In this document: piece by piece, positions 56,494-64,000 of the stretch
How positions within the stretch are numbered: position 1 is the stretch's first letter
Layout of the letters: each line of letters starts with the position of its first letter
Origin: an uncultured delta proteobacterium
GTDB lineage: Bacteria > Myxococcota_A > UBA9160 > SZUA-336
NCBI GenBank assembly: GCA_963704165.1
Contig: CAVPHD010000009.1
Span: forward strand, 259,673-323,672
Length of the DNA stretch: 64,000 nt
Direction: 5' to 3'
Position numbers and translations under genes: made by a program
The notes under the pieces: model-generated
Told to the model about the DNA's origin: nothing
Databases searched by the model: none
What the model saw: only the letters and a program-made list of their open reading frames with translations

Positions 56494-56509
56494 AGCAAGA
56501 GACGTGCCC
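56494..56509 (-). promoter_or_regulatory. sigma54 (-24/-12) promoter upstream of the kinase-regulator-pspA operon
   Basis: The minus strand reads GGGCACGTCTCTTGCT, which matches TGGCACG-N4-TTGCW at all positions but the first. It lies about 110 nt upstream of the kinase ATG. Confidence 0.6.
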
Positions 56510-56590
56510 CGGCGGCGCGCGGGCCGGAGCGCCCCGGAGGCCTTGCGACCGCCAGCACCGGACGTCAGTGCAGTCTGCGCCCTGCGCCGC

Positions 56591-58531
56591 CTACGGGCTC
56601 TCGATCACCGGCAGCTCCAGCCACGACGCCGCGCCGCGCTCGAAGAGCCAGGTCGGCGGCGGTCCGGGTGGATTCGCGAACTGGTCCCGATCCGCGCCGG
56701 CGAGGGCGAGCCGGATCCGGTGCCCGCGCCGCCAGAGGTGAGAGATCGGCTGAAGATCGAAGACCAGCTCCGCGGGCTCGCCCGGAACGAGCGGCGCCGC
56801 GTCGGACCGCGCGAAGCTGTGGTACGGGACCGAGAGCGCGTAGGGTGATTCGTCGGCGGGTCGCACGCGGCGGTGCACGGCGCGGAGCATTCCCTCGCTG
56901 ACGTAGCCGACCTTCCCACGCGCATCGACGTCCTCGAGGTACGCGAAGAGTGCGCCGTCGCGCGCGTCGCAGCGCACGGTCAGGTGGACGATCGGGTGAC
57001 CGGTCACCTCGAGATCGCCTTCGAGCGGAGCGGTCTCGTACACGCGAAGGCGTCGGTCTCGCGACGCGCGATCGGGGTACTCGGTGAAGGTCGGCACGGC
57101 GAGACCCCGCCAGCGGCTGGTCTCGCCGCTGCCGGAATCCGGATCGGTCGCGTAGACGTCGCTCCCCGGCGGCTCCGAGCCGGGCGCGAACTCGAGCCGC
57201 GAGTCCGCGCCCAGGTACAGGCGCGTCGCGCGCGCCGGCGGCGGCCAGCTCGAGGCGTGCTTCCAGCGCTTCTCGCCGGTGGTGAACCAGCGGACCGGCG
57301 GCCGATCCTCACCCGCGATCCCCTTCAAGTGAAGGTTGAAGAACTCGAGCAACTCCGCCGCGTGATCGAACTCGCTCGCGCGGGTCTTTGCGAGCGGCTC
57401 GAAATACTGGTCGCCGCCGTGATTCCAGGGTCCGAGCAGAAGTCGTTGGCCCGGATTCGAGAGCGTGCGGAAGCGCTTGATCGCCGCGTGCGCGTACGCG
57501 CCGTCGAGCCACCCGCTGCTGCTGTACACGGCCGCACCGGAGGCCTCGATCGCATCGCGGCGGACGCCGTAGGGACTCCAGTCCTCCGTTCGCAGCCCGA
57601 GCTCCGGCGCGAGGTCGTCGCGGAAGGGGGTCGCGAGGGCCTGGGAGTGGACGTCGAAGTTCGCGAGGTGCGCGCGCTGCGCCTCGCGAACACCCCGCGT
57701 TCCGTCGGGACCATCGACGGGTCTCGGGCCCGAGATGAAGATCGGCACCCAGGCGGGAAACGCCGAGAAGAGCGCGCCGCGATCGATCGCGTCGTTGAAT
57801 CTCCCCCAGGTCTCGGTGAACCAGCCGAGGTGGACGCCGCCGGGGTAACCGATGTCGGTGTAGCCATCGAAGAGCGAGAAGCGCGGCGCGACCGCGCGGA
57901 CCGCGGGGTGTCGATTCGCGAGCAGGAGCTCGGCGGCGGTTCCGTCGTAGGAGTCACCGAGCGCGCCGACGAGGCCGCTCGCCCAGGGCTGCCGTACGAC
58001 CCAGTCGACGATCTCGGCGCCGTCCCGCACCTCGTCGTCCGACCAGAGCGACGCCTGCACGCCGCCCGACGCGCCCGATCCGCGCACGTCGATGTCGAGC
58101 CAGGCGTAGCCCGAGTCGAGAAAGCGCTGTGCCAGCTCGGATGGCCCGTCGAGAAGCGGACGCACGAGCGCGCGGAATCTCGCGGCTCGCCAGTAGCGGG
58201 TCATGCGCAGGATCGCGGGAACGCGCGCGCCCTCCCCTGCGTCCGCGGGCAGGTAGAGATCGACCGCGATCGGCACGCCGTCGCGCATCTCGAGGTAGAA
58301 GGAGCGCCGGGTGTGGGCCGTCTTCGGTGCGGGGTTCGCGGCCGGACCGGACACGGGCCAGCGCGCGTCACTCGCCCGCGCCAGATCCGCTCCGGAGATC
58401 GCGCTCCACCCGAAGGCCAGCGCCAGCCAGAGTCGAAGGCCGCGGACCGACGAGCGCGAGCTTGGGTACGAGTCAGCCATGCACCGGATCGATCGTCCGA
58501 AGACCTCCGGAGCTTTCACTCTCGCGGCCAC
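56591..58531 (-). CDS. CocE/NonD-family (S15, X-Pro dipeptidyl-peptidase-like) hydrolase, secreted
   Basis: 646-aa ORF ..FYLEMRDGVPIAVDLYLP..PAILRMTRYWR...DVRGSGASGG...GDSYDGT.. plus a C-terminal beta-sandwich-like region. Alternative start ATG 58480 gives a signal-peptide-like N-terminus. Confidence 0.78.
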   Translation of the reverse strand: MAARVKAPEVFGRSIRCMADSYPSSRSSVRGLRLWLALAFGWSAISGADLARASDARWPVSGPAANPAPKTAHTRRSFYLEMRDGVPIAVDLYLPADAGEGARVPAILRMTRYWRAARFRALVRPLLDGPSELAQRFLDSGYAWLDIDVRGSGASGGVQASLWSDDEVRDGAEIVDWVVRQPWASGLVGALGDSYDGTAAELLLANRHPAVRAVAPRFSLFDGYTDIGYPGGVHLGWFTETWGRFNDAIDRGALFSAFPAWVPIFISGPRPVDGPDGTRGVREAQRAHLANFDVHSQALATPFRDDLAPELGLRTEDWSPYGVRRDAIEASGAAVYSSSGWLDGAYAHAAIKRFRTLSNPGQRLLLGPWNHGGDQYFEPLAKTRASEFDHAAELLEFFNLHLKGIAGEDRPPVRWFTTGEKRWKHASSWPPPARATRLYLGADSRLEFAPGSEPPGSDVYATDPDSGSGETSRWRGLAVPTFTEYPDRASRDRRLRVYETAPLEGDLEVTGHPIVHLTVRCDARDGALFAYLEDVDARGKVGYVSEGMLRAVHRRVRPADESPYALSVPYHSFARSDAAPLVPGEPAELVFDLQPISHLWRRGHRIRLALAGADRDQFANPPGPPPTWLFERGAASWLELPVIESP

Positions 58532-58553
58532 GAGCGCCGTGTCGCGTTGGCCT

Positions 58554-58626
58554 TGAGCGCGGGCGGGCTCGAACCGCCGACCGAGGGATTAAGAGTCCCT
58601 TGCTCTACCAACTGAGCTACGCGCCC
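58554..58626 (-). tRNA. tRNA-Lys (anticodon CTT)
   Basis: Minus strand GGGCGCGTAGCTCAGTTGGTAGAGCAAGGGACTCTTAATCCCTCGGTCGGCGGTTCGAGCCCGCCCGCGCTCA. Confidence 0.92.
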
Positions 58627-58686
58627 GGGCGCATGATAGCGGGTCTTTCTCGCACGGCGACGGGCCCGCGCTAGACTCGGCGCCCG

Positions 58687-61086
58687 ATGTCGATCCCGAG
58701 ACCCGAAACGCGACCCCGACGCGCTCGAATCCTGGCTCTCGCCGGGCTCGCGTTCGCCCTCGGCTGCGCGACGGCCGGCACGCTCCCGTCGGAGCAGGCG
58801 ACGCTTCTGGTGACCAGGGACGCGCTGACGCAGACGGGGAGCTTCTACCTCTGGCCGGACCGGCTCGACCAGCGCGTGGTCATCGGTGCGCTCAACGGAC
58901 TCGAACAGAGCTTCGACTCGGTGATCTTCGAGTCCGAGGACGATTCGGCCGAGGGCGTGCTCACCGTGAACGGAGCGTCGGTGCGCGTGCCGCTCGACCC
59001 GAGCTTCGACCCCGAGCGCTACCGCGACGTGCTCGCGCGTTCGATCCGGTTCGCGCAACACCACCTGCCCGACCCGATCGATCCCAACGACGACCTCGAG
59101 CACATCGCCCTGCGCGGCGCGCTCGGCGCGCTCGATCCCTACTCGACGGTCTTCTCCGGCCGCGGCAGCGAGGACTTCAGGATTCGCTTCGAGGGAAAGC
59201 TCTCCGGTGTGGGCGCGCGGATCGGCCGACGCGACGGCGATCTGATCGCGGTGCGCGTCTTCCCCGGAAGTCCGGCGGAGAACGCCGGACTTCGCGACGG
59301 CGACGCGATCCTGTTCATCGACGGGGATCCGACGCGGCCGCTCTCGGTCGAGGAGGCCGTCGGCCGCATTCGCGGGCGGGCGGGCACGCTCGTCGGGCTC
59401 GGCGTGCAGCGCGGCAGCGAGTCGAAGGAGCGACTCGACATCTCGATCACGCGCGGCGAAGTGATGATCCCGAGCGTCGAGTCGCGCAAGCTCGATGGAC
59501 CCCGGCGCATCGGCTACGCGCAGGTCTATCAGGTGAGCCGCGAGACCGCGCAGGAGTTCCACGACCGCATCAAGGAGCTCGGCCCGATCGACGGGCTCGT
59601 CATGGACATGCGCGGAAATACCGGCGGAAGCATGGTCGCGGCCGCCCAGCTCGCCGACCAGTTCCTCGCCTCGCACATGATCGTGCGCACGGTGACCCGC
59701 GAAGATCTGGCGCCCGACGCGCGCAGCCGGATCACCGCCGACCCGGAAATCACCTTCGACATGCCGCTCTCGATCCTCGTCGATCCGCAGACCGCCTCGG
59801 CGGCCGAGATCATCTCCGGCGCGCTCGAACCGCTCGGCAACGTCACGGTCATCGGGCAGACGACGTTCGGCAAGGGGCTGGTGCAGCAGGTGATGCCGAT
59901 GAAGAACGAGAACCTGCTGAAGCTGACGGTCGCCGAATACCTGCTTTCCGACGACCGCGCGATCAACAAGAAGGGAATCGAGCCGCGCGTGCGCCTGCAC
60001 CCGGTCTCGGCCTCGCGCCTCGGCGCGCTCGCGGACATTCCCGTCGGCGCGATCCCGTACGTTCGCGGCACCGGCGAGGAGGATGCGTTTCCCGTCGAGG
60101 TCGGCGCGGCGCTGCTCCGCGAACCGGCCGAGCAGGCGCTCGCCGGCGTGCGCGAACGCGCGTACGCGAACATCTCCCGACATCTCGAGCCGCTCGGCGT
60201 GCGCTGGTCGGCTCAGCGCGGGACGAGCGACGTTCCCCTCCCCCGCGCGCTCGAGATCGCCGTGCATTCACCGACGCTCGTCTCGGGGGAGTCCGGGAAG
60301 ATCCGGATCACCGTGTCCAACCCCAACGACTTCGCACTCTCGGACGTCTGGCTCGCGCTCGATGCGCCGGCGCAGTACCTCGACAACAAGATCGCCGGGC
60401 TCGGCGAACTGGCCGCCGGCGGATCCGTCGCGACCGAGATCGAGCTCGCGCCGCCCGACGGCGTCTCCGTCGAGCGCCATCCCGTCGACGTCCTGCTCGC
60501 CGCCGGTGACCGGCCCCTCGCGAAGCAACGAGCGGTCCTCGACGTCTCCGTGCAGCCGCCCGAGCTCGAGATCGAGGTCGAACGGATCTCGGCCGACGAG
60601 GCGCGGGTGGTCCTACGAAACCGCGGCGGACACACGGCGCGCGGCCTGACCGTCGGGGTCTCGGGCGCGACGCGCTCGTTCGAGGCGCTCGAACCCGGCG
60701 CACACGAGGAGATGCGACTTCCCCTGTCGGCGAAACCGAAGAGCATCGTGGTCGCGCAGGTCGGACCGTGGGCGCAGCGGCGCATCGAAGTGCCGATCCC
60801 CGAGACGCGCGCGACCTACACCCCGCCGCAGGTCGTGATCGACGAGCGGTCGCAGAACCTCGGCCTGCGCGCGCGCACGGAGGTCGGCCTGCGAGACGGC
60901 TGGATCTCCGTCGATCTCCAGAAGAAGGCGTTCAGCGACTTCGCGGGCGCGCGTGAGGGCGACCTCGAAGTTCCGCTCGGCGGCGGCGAGCACGACGTCG
61001 TGTCCAAGATCGAGACCGCCGAGGGCGTCTCGGTGGTCGACATCCGCCGACTCACAAGAGAGTCAGCTGCCGCGGCGCATCGGTGA
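58687..61086 (+). CDS. S41-family C-terminal processing peptidase lipoprotein with PDZ and a ~400-aa C-terminal extension
   Basis: 799-aa ORF with lipobox LAFALGC and a PDZ (..FPGSPAENAGLRDGDAILFIDG..). S41 core DMRGNTGGS...ASAAEIISGAL...TFGKGLVQQ. The C-terminal half looks like repeated beta-sandwich modules. Confidence 0.85.
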   Translation: MSIPRPETRPRRARILALAGLAFALGCATAGTLPSEQATLLVTRDALTQTGSFYLWPDRLDQRVVIGALNGLEQSFDSVIFESEDDSAEGVLTVNGASVRVPLDPSFDPERYRDVLARSIRFAQHHLPDPIDPNDDLEHIALRGALGALDPYSTVFSGRGSEDFRIRFEGKLSGVGARIGRRDGDLIAVRVFPGSPAENAGLRDGDAILFIDGDPTRPLSVEEAVGRIRGRAGTLVGLGVQRGSESKERLDISITRGEVMIPSVESRKLDGPRRIGYAQVYQVSRETAQEFHDRIKELGPIDGLVMDMRGNTGGSMVAAAQLADQFLASHMIVRTVTREDLAPDARSRITADPEITFDMPLSILVDPQTASAAEIISGALEPLGNVTVIGQTTFGKGLVQQVMPMKNENLLKLTVAEYLLSDDRAINKKGIEPRVRLHPVSASRLGALADIPVGAIPYVRGTGEEDAFPVEVGAALLREPAEQALAGVRERAYANISRHLEPLGVRWSAQRGTSDVPLPRALEIAVHSPTLVSGESGKIRITVSNPNDFALSDVWLALDAPAQYLDNKIAGLGELAAGGSVATEIELAPPDGVSVERHPVDVLLAAGDRPLAKQRAVLDVSVQPPELEIEVERISADEARVVLRNRGGHTARGLTVGVSGATRSFEALEPGAHEEMRLPLSAKPKSIVVAQVGPWAQRRIEVPIPETRATYTPPQVVIDERSQNLGLRARTEVGLRDGWISVDLQKKAFSDFAGAREGDLEVPLGGGEHDVVSKIETAEGVSVVDIRRLTRESAAAAHR

Positions 61087-63362
61087 CTTCGTCGAAGCTC
61101 TCCCCGAGCTGCGAGAGGATCGACTCGGCGATCGGCTTCACGAACTTCAGGACGTAGTGATCGCGGTCGAGCTCGGCCGGAAGGTCGCCATCGGGCTCGA
61201 CCGCTTCGGGCCCGAAGCGCGTCATGACGTAGTTCACGGTGCGTCCGACCGGAACCCGGGCGCGGCGCGCGGCCTCGACGTGCGGCGGAATCGAAGCCGT
61301 GTAGCGCTCGACGGCTCCCTTGCGCAGCGCCTTTCGGATCACCAGTTCGCGGTCGAGTCGTCCCTCGCGAAGATCCGCGACCACCTCGCGCACGAAGTCC
61401 GCGACCGGCTCGTCGCGAAAGAGCCGCTCGAGCATGCCGCGCTGCAACCTGCGCGAGACCTCGGGCCAGTCGCGTCTCACCGCCTCGAGCCCGACCACGT
61501 GCAGATTGCCGTTCAGGAGTCCCGCGTAGCGCTTGCGGCTGCCCTGGGTTCCACCGCGCACGCTCGGCTGGTAGAAGCGCTCGTAGACGTGCTCGAGCTC
61601 GAGCTCGAGCCGGGGCTCGACCGCCCACTCGCTGCGCACCTGCGCCGAGAGGTCGGCCTGGACTCGTGACCGCAGATCCTCCGCGATCTCGCGGGCGCGC
61701 GCGAGCGTCACCTGTTCATCGACGAGCACGAAGATGGAATCGGTGTCGCCGTAGAGCACGCGCGCCTCGCACGCCTCGAACGCGAGTCGCGTGCGCTCGA
61801 GCACGAGCCGCCCGAATCCCGTGATCGCGTTGGCGACCTCGGGGTCGAAGAAGCGGCAGGACGGCGCGCCGAGCACGCCGAAGAGCGCGTTCATCATGAT
61901 CTTGATCGCGAGGTCGGCGTGGCGATCTCCGCGCCGCTTCGCCTGCTCGCGCCGAGCGGCGAAGCGCTCGAGCACTCCGGGCAGGATCGAGTCGCTGCGC
62001 GAGAAACGCGCGCCGTTCGGCGCTTCGATCGCGTCGGCGCCCGCGCAGGCGTGCGCGAGCGGATCGAGGTTGAAGGTCCGGATCAGACTCGGGTACAGGC
62101 TCTTGAAGTCGAAGACGGCGACGTTCCGGAACAGACCCGGGTGGGAATCCATGACGGAGCCGCCGGAAACGCGGCCGGGCGCGCGCTCGCGATCGACCGA
62201 CGGCGCCACGCGGCCACGGTTTCGCAGCTCGGACAGGTAGAGCAGATCGAAGGAGGCGATGCTCGCGCCGACGCGGTCGAGCTGCATTCCGCAGAGCAGA
62301 CTGCGCTCGATCGCGAGGTCGAGCAGCGACTCGCGCTCGAGGATCTCCTGCACGAGCACCGCGTCCTCGCGGTTGTAGGCGACGAACGCTTCGGGCTCCT
62401 CCCGGTACATGCGCTCGATCTCGTGCGCGGGGTTTCCGGCGGTCTTCGCGATCCGCTTGCCGCGGCCGAGGAGAGCTCGCGACGCCGTTTCGAGCGAGAA
62501 GTCGTCGAGCGCGATGAACGCGTCGCGCACGAGCGCGATGCCGTCGAGCACCACCCGTCCGGGGATTTCCGCGCGGCGCTGGCGCGTGAACGAGCCGTCC
62601 TGGGCCAGGCCGACGGCGCCCGGCTCGCGGCCGACCTCGAAGGGCACGCCGAGCGCGGTCGCACGCGCGACGAGAACCGCGAAATCGAAATCGACGACGT
62701 TCCAGCCGGTGATCACGTCGGGATCGAGCGCGCGAATGCGTGTGGCGATGCCGCGCAGGAGCGCCGCTTCGTCCGGGTGCGCGATCGCGCCGCGCACGTC
62801 GCACGCGGAGACGAGGTGCACTTCGTCCGCGCCCGATCCGACGAGAGCCGCCGAGAGGATCCGGCTCGCGTCGGGAGCCGTCTCGAGGTCGATCGAGAGC
62901 ACGCGCAGCGCCGGCCGAGCGCTCCCGGGCACGAGCTCCGGGTTGCGAAACAGAAGCCGCCCGGAATCCCCGCTTCGCTCGGGCACCCCCGTGATCTCGA
63001 CGGCCGCGCGCAAGCCGCGGTCGATCAGGAATCGGTACGGGAAGCGGATGTCCGCCTCGAGCGCGCGTGCGCCGGCGGCCTCGAGCTTCTCGCGCAGGCG
63101 CGGAATCGCGGCCGGCACCGGCGCGATCACGCGCACCAGCGGCGCGCCGCTCATGTCGACGAGCTGCGTCTCCTCGACTTCGACGTCGCGCTCGGACGCG
63201 AGCCAGCGCGTCGCGTCGGGATGCGTGAAGAAGTACGGCCGGTAGCGATCCTCCTCGATCAGGAACGCCTCGCCGCTCTCGAGCCGGCCGAAGAGCTGCA
63301 CGACGGCGCGTCCGCTTCGAACGCGGTAGGTCGGGTGGACGATGAATCCCGACGCCGCCACC

Positions 63363-63370
<8 letters not shown>
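61052..63370 (-). CDS. polB: DNA polymerase II (family B)
   Basis: 772-aa ORF with exonuclease motif LSIDLET, polymerase motifs ..[10 protein letters not shown].. and YGDTDSIFV. Its 3' end overlaps the convergent peptidase gene by 35 nt. Confidence 0.93.

Positions 63371-64000
<630 letters not shown>

Overview
High-G+C bacterial chromosomal segment. Hand-counted stretches are mostly about 65-78% G+C, with one dip to about 60-62%. Gene content and order (ilvC-pssA-leuA; rseP-dxr-uppS-frr-pyrH-tsf-rpsB; tig-clpP-clpX-lon-tRNA-Val-tRNA-Asp) suggest a Deltaproteobacteria/Myxococcota-like lineage, but that is inference only. I call about 60 protein genes, 4 tRNAs, two promoter candidates and no CRISPR array, transposase, integrase or obvious defence system. 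Most of the window is ordinary core genome: translation, envelope, proteostasis, DNA repair and acyl-CoA metabolism. Things worth a second look: (1) a lower-G+C islet (about 29.8-32.5 kb) beside tRNA-Asp. It holds a ZIP metal permease co-operonic with an orphan encapsulated-ferritin (EncFtn) homologue that has no targeting peptide and no encapsulin gene in view, plus a divergent DUF2202 ferritin-like gene, a highly structured 320-bp intergenic region and a frame-switching degenerate ORF. (2) A tightly coupled paaA-paaB-paaC-SnoaL-NAT-LEH operon with no paaD or paaE, suggesting a non-canonical aromatic-CoA epoxide route. (3) A histidine kinase / sigma54 activator / PspA operon behind a near-consensus -24/-12 promoter. 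(4) A split B12 acyl-CoA mutase whose substrate-specifying motifs differ from the MCM signatures as I recall them. (5) A striking density of gene lesions: two compensating frameshifts in htrA, a frameshift in the sigma54 activator, an in-frame TAG in hyuB/oxoprolinase, and no canonical start codon for secA. These lesions may simply be assembly indel or substitution errors, so the sequence needs read-level verification before any biological reading. All functional calls rest on my own recognition of motifs in the supplied translations; no database search was run.
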